NCBI GenBank assembly: GCA_028534125.1
Contig: CM052818.1
Coordinates: forward strand, 17,238,001-17,302,000
Direction: 5' to 3'
Length of the DNA stretch: 64,000 nt
Source of the DNA: Lama glama
Lineage: Eukaryota
Part shown: in pieces, positions 35,166-48,188 of the stretch
Layout of the letters: the number at the start of each line of letters is the position of its first letter
Numbering within the stretch: the first letter of the stretch is position 1
The notes under the pieces: model-generated
Seen by the model: only the letters and a program-made list of their open reading frames with translations
What the model was told of the DNA's origin: nothing
Database searches by the model: none
Position numbers and translations under genes: made by a program

Positions 35166-37465
35166 GTTTCTGTAATTCCTATTTACTTAGAGCACAGTAT
35201 TTCTATCATGCAAATGTGATTAATTCCTCTGGAATATTAAGCACTGAATTTGAGTCATGTGAGTCAGGAGTCAACATGAGCCCCAACTAGGTTTTCTGTT
35301 TCCCACTTCCATTGGCTTCCCGCTGTACCACAGGCTAGAAGGAAAAGCAAGGTACCAAAGAAAGACAGCAGATAGGGAGTGGGAACTTGGCTCTGTTAAA
35401 AACCAGATTTGTTTCTGTGCCGATACAGGGTTCCGAGCAACATGCAGATTACTTCTACACAGTGAAAATGAACCTTTGTTTATTTTCTTTTCAATCTTTT
35501 CTATGTGCTACGCAAATCCCAATGTCTCTAGACGTTTGTGTTGCCCTTCAGGCATGTTAGTTTTCTTTCCAATTCTTGGAGTTTGCCAGTGTCTAAGCCA
35601 AATATAGCATTTGGGCTGAAGAGACACCATTGTTTGCAATAACACTGTCTTCTTTAGAGTGTCCCTAATTCCCTTAAAAAACGTCTTTGTTTCCTGTGTT
35701 CGGCAAGCACCTGTATTGAGTCTGCATCACCATTGAACATTGACAAAGAAACTTTTCAGTGTCAAGGGGTCTCTACGTGTAAATGTACAAGAGGAAAGAG
35801 CCTTCAGATCTTACTTTAAATGGAAGCTACGAGAACTGTGTATCTTGTAGTTCAGTCCCAATATAGTGTCTGCTTAGAAGATTTGTGAAGGATGCAAGGG
35901 CAGAAAATATCACACACATCCTGTCCTCTTTTTAAAGCTCCCTTGCTTGGCATAGTAAGGTGGGGAAGAGGTGGGTTTTTTGGACCGGAACATTTGTCAG
36001 CCGTATCTGGAAACAAAGCTTTCAGCAAGAAAAGAGTGTCAGTAAGAAGAGCCTAAGAGAGAGAACCCCGTGCCTGTGTTGGTTTCTGTGTAATGAAGTG
36101 AACAGATTGGAACCCCTGGTACTCTCTCATCAAGTCTCTTTCCCCTGCTAAAAAGCTTCCCTCCAGTAGGGCAGGCAGGCAGAACCCCTACACTTCTAAG
36201 ATCCCCTCTTCAGACCATTTCCTGATCTGTAATATCTAACTTTAGTGCCTGGAAACATATTTTTGTTGTTGTTGTTGTTTTGTTTTTATCTTCCCAATCG
36301 GGGAGTTCAGAAAAAGAAATTGTATGAATTCTGAAATCCACACTTTTAGGGATTTCTACTGTTCTACAAGGAAGTAACCCATGGACATTACTTGTATAGT
36401 TAGAGCCTACAATTCAGGTAGAAAATAAGCTAAAGAAGATTGGACAGACTCACTGGACCCAAGGTGGTACCTGAATCCTGAAATCTCACCCACATCAAAC
36501 CTAAAACTCTTCACTTGACAAATTGCATGAAGTTCCACTCATGAGCTTTTCATTCAGGTGTTTGAATTCATCTTGTCAAACTTCAGTGGGTCGCCCAAGG
36601 AGGTCAAAGAAGACTGTTGAGTCCACACACCTTAATGTGCGCTGGTTTAACGAGATGGCATCACTCCCCTGCAACCAGCGGTGCTGAGTAACAGGAGAAG
36701 AATGGATAATTTTATAGCAAGAACCGGTTACACGGGGGCCATCCTCGGTGAACCACTGGTGTTAAAGTCGTTTAACCACAGAGCACAGCTATGGTATAAA
36801 ACACCTAAAGGAAGAAGGCAGACCAAATGTGTTGGGGGGTGGGGAGAGGGTGACAGGTGGGCCATGGGAGGATGTAAAAAGGGACTGGATTCCTTTCTCA
36901 CACCTGCCCACTCACCTTCCAAGTTTGGTTCACTTTAAAATTGTGCCTGGATAACTCTGGCCTTATTTGTTGCCCATACAATGGTCTAGTTCCAAAAACT
37001 CCGAACATCTTATAGATTGGGTAGTTTATATCTTTTGGGAGAGCAACAGCTTTATTAGATTTTTTCAAAAATCTGACTAGACTTGAGTCAACTTTCTAAA
37101 ATCTCTTCTGACTGTATAATTTGTGTTTTCAGGTTCTATCAACACAAGTAATCAGAGCAAGTAAAAAGTGTGCATGTATCATTGCCATTACAAGAATTAT
37201 CTTAAAATTTGTGCTAAAAGGCTATTGAAAAATTTGAAGTAGTATTATACAATGTTATGTTTAGAGAAGTCATTTTATTATAGTCTCTTTCGAGGCTTGT
37301 GAAAATGAGTTATCCTTTGCCACGGTTTTCTTTCCCAGTTTCGTCTTTACAAGTAGTTGTCAATGTCCTATTAAAACAAGGCAAAGCCAAAATTACTATT
37401 TTGTGTATACTTACTAGATGTCAAGTGCTATAAAACCAGAGAAAATTTAGATCTAAACAAACCAG

Positions 37466-37625
37466 GGTGGGGTTTCTTAAACCTGAATGTGTACAAGGAT
37501 TATACCTGGGGAGACTGTTTATAAAATGCAGATTCTGATTCAGTAGATGTAGGATGAGGTCTGAGGTTCTGTATTTCTAACAAGCTCCCAGTGCTGTTCT
37601 GCAGACTGGCCTGGGACCAGAAAGC
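37466..37625. mobile_element. MER5A-type hAT-Charlie fragment
   Basis: AAAATGCAGATTCTGATTCAGTAGATGTAGGATGAGGTCTGAGGTTCTGTATTTCTAACAAGCTCCCAG. Confidence 0.85.
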
Positions 37626-37939
37626 CAGGCATTGGTGATTACAGACTAAACAAAAGTTGTCTTCATCTCATCTCCATCTTTCTGCTCATCAACCAGCAGT
37701 GGCCTCTTTAAGCATATATAGAATCTTGGAAATAAGAAGAATTTGTGCAACCGATATGGCTATCAAAAATAGCTAAGTCCTTGGAACCTAGGTGATGTTA
37801 CAGAAGTTTGAATGTCCGCTCACCTACCAACAATGCTTGGGGTGTTCAGCCCGGGGCACCTTCTGATGACCCTAAGGGAAGTTAGTTTAATCGTTGTTGG
37901 AAGTGTCCTGCCCAACCTCATCCTTACAGTCACGCTGGT

Positions 37940-38170
37940 TTTGATGTAGCATTTAAAGTGCTTTTTTCATGTGTAATCTCATTTTTGCCACAGCCCTCTG
38001 CAGTAAACGGATGAATTATTATTATTATTATTTATTATTATTGTTATTTCCCTTTTACAGATGAGCTTTGAGCAATATCACATAACGATACAGAGGAGCC
38101 GGGGCTAGGCTTAGTTCTTTTGTGGCCTGTGGGCTCTGGGATTCTTTATTCATAACCCAGTCTTACTACC
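37940..38170 (-). mobile_element. MIR fragment with (TTA)n
   Basis: TTATTTCCCCTTTTACAGATGAG core next to an (ATT)n tract. Confidence 0.6.
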
Positions 38171-38325
38171 CAGTCCCACTCCCAATCTTGGTTATGTAAA
38201 AAGAAATAGATGACGACAATGCACACACATTTCCTTCCACTAAAGTGACCTGTTTCAAACGCAAAGCCCCCATTCCGTAGACAGAAACCAGTTTGCTCTC
38301 CGGAAGACACCACTTCCATGATCTC

Positions 38326-38339
38326 CCAGCAGGGGGCAC
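38326..38339 (+). promoter_or_regulatory. Consensus CTCF core motif
   Basis: CCAGCAGGGGGCAC(TG) matches CCASYAGRKGGCRS at 14/14 positions, outside recognisable repeats. Occupancy is unknown. Confidence 0.6.
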
Positions 38340-39357
38340 TGTGGCATTGGAAATTCAGCTTTGCTTGCTGTTATGGTTCCAAAGTGGTTTTTTTCCCCTC
38401 CAATCTATTCAGGTTTTTTTCTTTTCTTTTTCTTTTTTTTAATCCCCTCCCTACTTTGTGTTTTCACTACATCCTTTTCACATTTATTAGACTGGCAGCT
38501 GATATTCATCACTGGACAGAATTCATCATACTTTATCATTTAAGCACAGGATCTCTCTCTATATGTAAGGTATGGAAGAAATTACGGCTGATACTCTCAT
38601 AAAAATACTTTCTCCCGTATCTTTCCTTTTTTAATTTAATGGATATAGTGAATTTGTAAAAACAAAGATATGAAGGCTCTGTAACTTCGATCCCTTGGTA
38701 CCTATAGCAAATGCCTCTTCTGCTTACTTTTCTTCTGCTGCAGATTAATTTTATTTTCCAAACAGCAATAGATAAAAGAAGATAAGCAAGACTTGTATGA
38801 GTTCCTCGGGGTTAGTATTTCCCACAGATCCAGTCAGAATAAAAGGCGGCTGTTCTAGGCAGGGCCAAGGATGAGCAGCTTCTCCTGTCGGTTCGCTCTC
38901 CTGGGATGCTGCCTCCTCCCGCATCCTCAGGCCAGCCAGGGAAGAGAAGTCACCTCTAGAAGCACATAATCTGAGCCTGGGTCTCCCGGAAGTGAAAAGG
39001 CTGTGGCTGGTTCTCATGATTGTCCCTAGCTTGGAACATAACAAAAAGATGTGGAAATATCGGGAAGGGGTTTTGGAAGAATCACCCTGGTTGTATTCTA
39101 AGTCATTTTTAATTGAGATTGTTTGTTTGTTTGTTTGTTTGTAAGGAAATAAAATGCCAGCTATAGGCTCTCATTAGAACCTGCCTACCCCAAGGTGGTA
39201 TCAGTGTGGAGTTTCCCCATCATCCTCTCTGCCTTTGCCTTTTGTCTGCCATCAGATACAACCAATTAAAGATTTGTCAGATAGGGCCCCAGCTGCCTTC
39301 GATCTATTCCAGTATATGGTGTCTTATTGGGGTACCATGAGTCACGTTATGGAAGGA

Positions 39358-39550
39358 GTGGAATAATCAAACTTTTTGAACTGGAAGGGATCTTCGAGAT
39401 TTTTTGTTTTCTAAGCCAGTCAAGCCCCCTCTCTCACCAACGAGGAAGCCATGTCCCCAGATGTCACATCATTTGCCAAAGAGCACATGTCTAGTTTTCA
39501 GGCAGAAGCCAGAACCTCATTTTCTGACTCTCCTGCAGTGGTTTTCACTC
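39358..39550 (-). mobile_element. MIR3 SINE
   Basis: GAACTGGAAGGGATCTTCGAGAT...CCCCTCTCTCACCAACGAGGAAGCC...ATTTGCCAAAGAGCACAT...GGCAGAAGCCAGAACCTC. Confidence 0.65.
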
Positions 39551-40167
39551 TTCAGCAGTGATTTTTCAAACCATCATCCATGTAAGTATTTGAATCAAAC
39601 ATATACATTAAGAATAATTTTACTACCAGGACTTTCCATCTAAAAAAAGATTAAAAATTATTCCCATTTTAGCAACATAAAACTCATCAGCATAAGCGTC
39701 TTACCAAATTTAAGCTGAAATATGAACCTCAAAGTCTGAGCAAAATGCTTGGTATCAAATGTGAGGACAATGTAGTAGTAGTGAAAGAAATCATGGGAGA
39801 AAGCAAATTATCTTGGTTAATTCACTTTTCTCGGAATTGGGAAAAGACTGCAATGTTCCAGTCCTAGAGGGACCATCTCTCAATGCAATTCAAGAGACAA
39901 GACTCACTGGCCTGAAATTTTATTTTGAAGTGATTGCCTAGCACTCTGTGTGAATAATCAGTTGTAGACCTACAGTGCTGGAATATATTAATATCTTCAG
40001 TTTCTATCTGGTCTTACAAAACATACTCCTTTTCCTTTTGGAAGGCTCTCCTCTTTATTTGCCCAAAGCACACATTTTTAAGTCTCAGCATTCAGAATTC
40101 TAGCATTCTTAGAAACTTTCTTGATTTAAATGTATAGATTTCAGTCAGAACCTGATTTGTCTACACT

Positions 40168-40650
40168 GATATAGGGGAGGAAAATCTTTTTCCTTTACTT
40201 TTTAAGTTCTGGGACCCCTGAAACTAAAGCGATTAACAAGTGAAAAGCATGCAAATTTATTCAGTGTAGGTTTTATATGACATAGGAGCCTTCCTAAGGA
40301 AATGAAGACCTGGAGAAATGGTTAAACCTGTGTCTTTATGCCAGGTTTGATGAGGAGTGGAAAGTCACGGGAAGATTTAGGAGAAAGAGTATGAGCTGAG
40401 TGTAGTAAACTGGGGAAATTTAGCCAGGTCTGTTCCTTCAGATTCCTCTGTGTTCCTTGTCTTTGGAAAATAGGATGCTCCTTTCCCCTGGGTATGGGGG
40501 GGGGGCACCGCACACATGAGAGTTTAAGACCAACTTCAGAGGAAGGTCACAAAGTCCTTCCTACGCATGTCACTTCTCAGATTCCTTCAGCTTAAGACAC
40601 TCAGTTTGCCAAGGTGTTGTATTTTGGGGTTATCGTGTCTTGAACTCCAT
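40168..40650 (-). mobile_element. ERV1 solo LTR, MER34-like
   Basis: The reverse complement begins GATGGAGTTCAAGACACGATAACCCCAAAATACAACACCTTGGCAAACTGAGTGTCTTAAGCTGAAGGAATCTGAGAAG, like MER34-group LTR 5' ends; about 480 bp. Confidence 0.75.
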
Positions 40651-43600
40651 CTTCGACAAGGTTGTTCATTTATTCCAGTGGAGGCATCTTAATGCCACTT
40701 TACCTGGACGCTCTCTGGTGTAGGGTGTTCTTACACTTTTTCTAATGAGAATCTTACATTGTTCTACAGGCATTGATGCCTTTTGGTTTTAGCTATTTCT
40801 GTTTAAGTTTTACCAATGTTTTGCTTTCCCCATGTCCATTATAGCAAGAAATCTAAGTATTTTTAAATGTCCCTACTTTTTAATGTTTATCTAAGTAATT
40901 GGTTTTCTGAGCACCTCCCAACATATAGCACCCCTTCTCCTTCCAGGGTTTTAAAAGCCTTGAGAATTAAAAGGGGGAAAGGAGTGGATGAAGAAACAAA
41001 TATCCTCTTTGGTTTAGTCTGTGCTGCCATGTGTCTCATTTCTGTGACATGGAAAAGCTCATACATGCTGGGAATATAGGAAACAGGTCAGTTTAAAGGA
41101 GAGTCACCCTGCATCCTTCCTTTGTGAGTTTCACGGCATGTCAGTCTTCTACACTAGCAAGTAACAGTCGTTCGTGGAAAATACGCAAACAGGTCAAGAC
41201 ATCAAGCACTGGTGGGGCCAAGCACAGTTGCCCACTCAACTCATGTTCTTGCTTGGGGCGCAGTTAAACCACAAGCACTGATCGATGAGTGTGGATTGTA
41301 CTGGTCTCTGATATTTGCGCACTTTGCTCGTGTCTCCATGACCTAGCGTCCTCACTTCTTTCTCAGACTCCTGTCCATCAAGCAACGTTCACCTCTTAAT
41401 TTCAGCTGACCTATTTGCTATATTGATTAATTAAAAATTAAATTTCCTTCAGTAATAACATATCTATTAGGATGACTATTATTTCTGCAAGTGTTCTGGT
41501 TCACACTCGCGTCGATTTGGAATAGTATGAGTTTTTGCAGAATACAAGGCTTTTCGAGAACACCTAAACAGATCAAGACCAACCTGAAGAACATGACTTT
41601 GTTGTGAGAGCCGTGTGAGCCTGCTAACTGAACCCCTGGTGAGCCTAATTCCCAGGCACACGAGTGAGGGACCCTGGGCCCAATGACCTGTGGAGCAGAG
41701 CCCTTGAAGGAGTAGAGAGACTTGCAATCCCTATTAGAGGTTTTCTCAGGAGGAAGACACGTTGGACTGGGTAGAGCCTGCCTAATTATTTTTGCCAAAT
41801 TTTAAACAAAGGCAGAGAAACTGAGAGGAAAAAGTAAAATCCTTCATCATGGAATAGATGAATATGTGAATATGGAATAGAGAAGATGTATTTCCCTCTA
41901 ATGCAGTGGAAAACATTACTAGGAAATTTTGGAAATATTGAGCAAGGCATGGAAAAATAAAATAAAATGCAAATAGCCCATTCTTCCTTGAGAGGCAGTC
42001 ATCCTCAGTAATTGAAAACATTCCCTTCCAGACCTTTTCCTATGTCAACCCAATTTTAGGCAAGATGTAGGAGCAGCCTTTCTGTCTCTCCTTGAATTCA
42101 CATGTACTAGTCATTTTAAAAAATGACTAAGGTCTTCTAAGAATGCGACCCTTTAAAATCTGGGTGAAAAACAGAAAAACAGAGAGAGAGAGAGAGAGAA
42201 GAATCAAGCTTATTTTCTGTTTGAGTCATGCTTTTTAAAATCCATTATTGCCTCAAATCAGTCCTGAAAATAGCCATGCACATATTCGCCCAGACACATT
42301 ATAATTTATTCCAACTGAATAGAAAAGAAAGTTTATTACGTGTATGTGCTTGTAAACCTACTCTCCCACCCCCTACCATCAATAAAAGTGGCTGGCTGAA
42401 ATGCAAGGTATTGCTCAGTCCCACCATTAGGCTGTCAATTGAATAGCATATCACCTTTACACTTTCAAGGCAGATAAAGTGGAACTCGAGAAATGAAAAT
42501 AGAAAACACATGGGGAAACCACCCATTTAGGAACTCAGTACATTTTCAAACCAGCTGATTTATAAGTAAATGCTGTCCAAAGGCATTTCCCATCATTTGC
42601 AGTGACCACAGTCTTGCAAATGGAAATGTCTCTTGGACTTCCCTATAGAGTGAGATGACCATATGAATGTTAATTATCAGGAACCCCTTCCTAGTTTAAT
42701 CCACTGTAATAAATTATTTACATTTCCCACAAACACACATATGTTTGAAGTCTCATAGGCATTCTACATGAGATGCACACACTATATGTTTTCCACATTT
42801 TATTTTTTTCATTGCCTAACATAGTAAGTCCTTTAGCTGTATTTTCATTTTTCTTTTTTTTTTAACTTAAATGGAATTCCAATACTGGAATAACATTGCA
42901 TTCAAACTGTGTTTACTGGTTAGGTACCTGACTTTTTACTGTATGTACTTTCTCAAGAGGAAATAGTAAGACTGCTAAGATAATGAGTACAATGGCCGGT
43001 AAGCTTTAGCGCAGGCAGAAATGATAAAATTCTATGGTGTCTGAATATATGAAAAGTGGAGGCTTTAGTGGAGGCTCAAAATAATGCAGATTGCTAAACA
43101 GTTCTAAGTGTGCTGGGAGTTACTGGGGAAACTTAGCCAGGAAATCAATTCCATTTAACAGGAGAAAAACATCCAAAGAGTCTATGGACCTGCGAAATTC
43201 CAGAGCCTCTTTATTCACAGTCACCAGATTTTGCTTGTCTAAAGCAGTGTTTAAACTAAGATGATGATCATGATTTTTTTCAACTTTCTTCCCTTTTCTG
43301 TGTTAAACAGTTCCAAATATCCTCACAATATTTGCTTAATTATGATCTCTTGTTCTGAGTATGTGAAAACTATTTTAAGAACATTGCAGGATTTTGTTTC
43401 ACAATTTTTACTCTATTTGTTGATCGATTAATTGATTGCAATTAGAATGAGGTTTTTTTTTTTACACCTTTTTATAATTAAGCATGTCTGTTACTATAGA
43501 GGAGTATGACATTGGATCAGTCACACCAGCAAAACTAGTAAAGGAGATTTTAAAGCTAAAAAAATAAATTTCTTCTACCTTCACCACTCTGAACACAACT

Positions 43601-45439
43601 GGTTTCCTTTTGAATCTATCCTTTTTACTGACAATAGCCAGAGAGCAACTGTGAATGAAGGGCTCACTAGATCAATTCTTAAATCAAAAATCATTGAAAG
43701 GCTCAGATTAGAAACATTAGGAGCTTGCGTCCTGGTCAAGAAGTGGCCAATGAACCTCTCTCTAAGCTTTAGTGTCCGCATCTGTAACATGGATGCAGTA
43801 ACAAGGCCTCCTGCTCAGGGCCGCGCTGGCATTAAGTCAGGGCATGCCAGCCACATGCCCACAGCGAGTGCACGAGGAATACTCATGTTTTTGTCCTTAT
43901 TTGCTTATACTTCATCACAGCAGCCAGCGAACCTTAGAAGACTGGTCTCTTAGCGAAGGTTGATACATCTGCACTGCGTGCTTCTGCCCTAAAGCACACA
44001 AGACAGGTCTGATTGCCGCTTTCACGGTTAATCCCCTCTGGCTCATTTTCTCACGTCATTTGAGGTGTTAACTACAAAATGCAGCAGCCAAAGCTTCGCT
44101 GTGGTTGGTGGTTGCCGTCAACAGGGCCACAGGAAGACAAAGTAGAGCTGGCTCATGTGGTCTGACCCCGGGAGCCAGACCAGTCATCAGGGCCCTGGCA
44201 CAGCATCTCCCAAAGACCTGCGGCCACTTCCAGGAGCGGATCGGGACGGGAACTGGCTGCTCCTCAAAGAGAATCCCGGTAGTCAGTTCGCTGTCTCCCC
44301 TATTCTCCTTTAGAATGTGCCTGAAGCTCACAAGAAGCTGCAATGCCCAACAACTTTGACCTGAAGCTCAAAGCTTTAAGGAAACCAAAATACACCTTTT
44401 CCCCATAAAATTGTTCAGAAACCTGCCCTGGAAAATATGAAAAATAATTAAAAATAAGTCTTTGCTGTTTTGCTCTATAGGGTACCTGACAGCTTCTGAA
44501 TTTTAACACTTACAGCTCTGGAATGTTCGAGCACATGGGTGGTATGTGGAGCGGAGAGCTTGTGTCTTGTGCCACGTGCCTCTCCGCCAGGTCTTGTGGG
44601 GACGCCTCTCCTTCACGCGACGTTAGAAAGCAGGAGAGCAGAGGGAGCAGAGCTGTTAACCTCAAACACAAGTTCTCGTTTTTGGACCACAATTTCTCAT
44701 GACCTATTCCATTCCATTCAAAACAAGCAAACAAAGAAAAACTCTTGATGACAATGAAACATCACTATAAAAAATTTTTAAACAGGCTAAGGTATGTGGC
44801 TCATTTGCTTTTTAACAGGAGTGTAGATGACTCGTATTTTTCCACTATGTATATATGTTTTAAAGTCTAGCCTTAAAGCAGTTATGGGTCACACATCATT
44901 TTGATTCAAATATGCAGAATTGCACAGAGTGGAGTTTGGCAAAGAATCATTAATGAGTTAAATCGACAGTAATGAAGTTTAAATAAACAGAAATGTATAA
45001 TTTAAAGCAAGAATAATGGTACTTGAAAACCACATTCCCTGCTATCAGTTCCCCGGGATGCTCTGATGAAGGAGTATCTCCCTCTTCAATTCTGGCATTT
45101 CGGGTTGTCTGTGTGAGCGCATGTACTGGGTCCTATTTGCATGACTCCCAGGTGTTGGGCAACAGCGAGATTTCTCATTAGGATGTTGAATTAGAATTTT
45201 CAGGAAACTCTACTCAGTATTCATTTTAGTTATGAAAACTAAATTTTAATAATTCAGTGACTAATAGGTTCCTAGTAAGGACACCACAGACATAGATAAA
45301 TGGTCATCAGCCTTCTTAATCCCTAAGAACCTTACATATTTGGATGGATTGAGTCTTTAGCATCAGCAGGGGTGTCCTTGAGGCTTGCTAGTGGCAGTGA
45401 GATCTACACTGAAGATTTCCCGTGGAGACTAGACCTGGC

Positions 45440-45630
45440 CATCAGAAGGGCAGGAGCTCACGTTCCTCTTTAACTCTGTCCTGTGGAGGACTGTCACCTT
45501 ATTACTCTCAGCTTCTCGCCTCTAAAATGGGGATTGATTCTTAGACCTCATGCTGTCACAAGGAATTTAAATCACACAATACCTCGAAAGTTTTTAGCAC
45601 GTTGCCTGGTACTTGTTCTAGAAACATTAG
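45440..45630 (+). mobile_element. MIR fragment
   Basis: CTCTCAGCTTCTCGCCTCTAAAATGGGATTGAT...ACCTCATGCTGTCACAAGGAATTTAAAT...TTTAGCACGTTGCCTGGTAC. Confidence 0.6.
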
Positions 45631-45839
45631 GTACTGTGATTCACTTTGTTGTCTGCCGCAGGTGTCAGTGGAGGAGGAGTACCGCGAAAATGGCAGTTGT
45701 GTATTCAGTTGAAGTGAATGAAATCAGACTATATTTTAAGACTCACAAACATATAAAGACCCTGTTTTGTTTTTTTCTAGAGTAGATATATTTGTTGGGA
45801 GCTACTGCCATATAAGATGTGGCCAGATGCCTTTTCATA

Positions 45840-46745
45840 TCTTTCGGGTTATTGAAGGATTTGAAATTCAGAATTTGTCCAAAGTATGAGGGGAAGCCAT
45901 TGATTGTTTTTGATTGTGGGAATGGCTTATATTTTTAAAAACATAACTCTGGCTTCGGTGTAGACAATAGATTTTAAAGACGCGTGGGAAAAAGGAAATC
46001 TGTTAGGATGCTCTCCTCGGCATCCACACAAGAGGTAGTAGTTGTGATGTTCAAACCAAGAGGTGGTCAAACCCCAGCTTCATTTTGGAGGTAGACTGGA
46101 CAGCCTTTGCTGACAGATTAGACGTGGGGAAGAGAAAGCAGGATTAAATACAGTCTTTAATTTTGACCTGCTTACCTGTGGAAATTGGTGATGTCACTGG
46201 AGGAAGCCCAGGTTGAGAATGGAAAATTTGAAAATACCAGAGCTTTTTCTTTTGAGCGGAGGTGGGTAGGGTGGACAAGGGGTTTTTGTTGTTGTTGCTA
46301 TATATTTGGTGATTTTTTTTTTAGGCTTTTTTGAGACATAAAATAAAAATTTGGTTTTGACATGCATAGTAGACATCCAAGTACAGAAGTCAAGGTCACA
46401 GGTGAACAAATGAATCAAGATTTCCAGGGGAAGTTGGGGCTGGAGACTCAAACTTATGCATCGCCACCTACAGATTGATGAGAGTCACAGGACCAAATGA
46501 AATGAGTCAGGAAGGAGTTTAGGTGGAGAAGCGGTGTGGAAGCTGAGTCTTCTGATAGTTTGAGGTCGTAAAATAACAGAACCTAGCGAAGGAGACAGAG
46601 TACAAGTTCAGCAAGGTGGGAAAAATAGAACTAATGTGTGACATCCTGGAAGCCAAGAAAATAAAGTGTTTCAAGGGAGAAAATAATCTACTCTGTCAAG
46701 TACTTTATAGAGATGGAGAAACAGTCCTCAAATTACCAATCCTAG
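45840..46745 (-). mobile_element. L2 LINE fragment
   Basis: GGGAAGCCATTGATTGTTTTTG...TAGACATCCAAGTACAGAAGTCAAG...GGGGCTGGAGACTCAAACTT...GGAAGCCAAGAAAATAAAGTGTTTCAAGG. Confidence 0.85.
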
Positions 46746-47756
46746 AAAGTGGCAACACAGACAGCAACATGGCTCCTCTCTTGGGATGACACCTTTTGGC
46801 CTAAACATGTCTTAGGTGTGTTGGCTCCCTGTGATTTGCGCAGCACAGTCCTCGCCCTCGTTCTCTTCTTTCCCAGGAATTGTGTGTGTCAGCAGCAAGT
46901 GAGCAGTCATTTTGTCAGATTCCCATGTGTAGAGAAAGTCACGAAGAAATAGTAGATTAAGGCTGTTTTTTTCCAATCTGTCTATCCCTACAAAAGAAAT
47001 ACTTTCCTATGACAAATCACAGAGAATAAAATACTAAGAAAAATGAACGTTCTGTGAAAAAAAAATCATGGCATTGTGTGCTTTTTATCCCAAATTTTCA
47101 TGAAATCCAAAAGGAGAAATGAGCTACATTGGAATAGCTTAGTTTTACTCACTTTTCTTCTTTTTTTGTAAATCTCTTCTACACATTTTCAATGCAAGAT
47201 ATCTTTACTCCCTTGCCTGTTTTGAAAATAGTACACTATCCTTTAATCGGTCTCCCTGGAATATTTCGTGGAACTACTATGAGAAGTGTCACGAAGCTCA
47301 AATTCTAACAGGAATATAAATTAAGTGACTGGCAGGCTAGGTATCATTAGGAATGCAAATTTGTCTGAAGAGATTGCTAAATTCCGAGGAAAAATGGCAG
47401 TAAATTAGGAAAATAGAAGTCATATATAGAGTCCTGGGAACTAAGGATGTAAAGAGTTTTAAAGGGGGAAATTATCCAGTATGTAGATACTTTATCTTCT
47501 TAAAGAAACAGCCCACAAATTACAAAATCTAAAAAATGATAATGTCCAGACAGTAAGATGGCTTCTCTCTTGAGATAACACCTGCTGATTTGAAAATTTC
47601 TTGGGTTTATTTGTGGCCCGTGGTTTGTCTGTCTTAGTTCTCTCCTTATTTCTTCTTTGAGTGTTGCCATGTCTTTCAGCTTTTAAAGCAATAAGATTTT
47701 AAGTAACACCTGCTGATGTTTAAATATTTAACTTTTATTTACTTTTTAAAATTTCC

Positions 47757-47892
47757 TTTTTTTTTTTTTTTTGGTTTGTTTGTGTGGGGCTGGTAATTAG
47801 GTTTATTTATTTATTTTAATGGAGGTACTAGGAATTGAACCCAGGACCTCCTGCATGCCAAGCATGCTCTCTACCAATGAGCTATACCCTCC
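47757..47892 (-). mobile_element. Vic-1-type tRNA-derived SINE (camelid-specific family)
   Basis: Reverse complement GGAGGGTATAGCTCATTGGTAGAGAGCATGCTTGGCATGCAGGAGGTCCTGGGTTCAATTCCTAGTACCTCC has Pol III A and B boxes, followed by AAATAAATAAACCTAATTACC and a poly(A) tail. Confidence 0.9.
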
Positions 47893-48188
47893 TCACTTAA
47901 ATACTGAGCTTTTAATACATCACTTGGGCCAAAGCATTAAACTTGTAGTCCTGATCTAGCCATAGTGGCTACATATTTGAAATACTTCTCTACTATTTGT
48001 GTGTTCATTTTCGCATGATCATTCATTTACAGAACATGGGTTTATCGAGTACCACCTAGAAGTGATATAAAAAATATGACTTCTACTGCTGTCTTATATC
48101 CTCTGTTACTTTATTTCAGTTCTCTCTTTTCCCCTAGTGGTTATAATATGCTTGTCTAAAAGTATCTCAAAAATTAGTACTGATTTAT

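Noticed and set aside
41427..41798. 123-aa ORF and possible plus-strand exon after TTTTTGCAG (41540)
   Set aside because: No recognisable homology; all three plus-strand frames hit a stop within about 70 nt.
46031..46050. let-7-like sequence AGAGGTAGTAGTTG
   Set aside because: Only a partial match, inside an L2 fragment, with no complementary hairpin arm visible.
47820..47892. tRNA gene on the minus strand
   Set aside because: The tRNA-like head is followed by a SINE tail and poly(A); it is a SINE.
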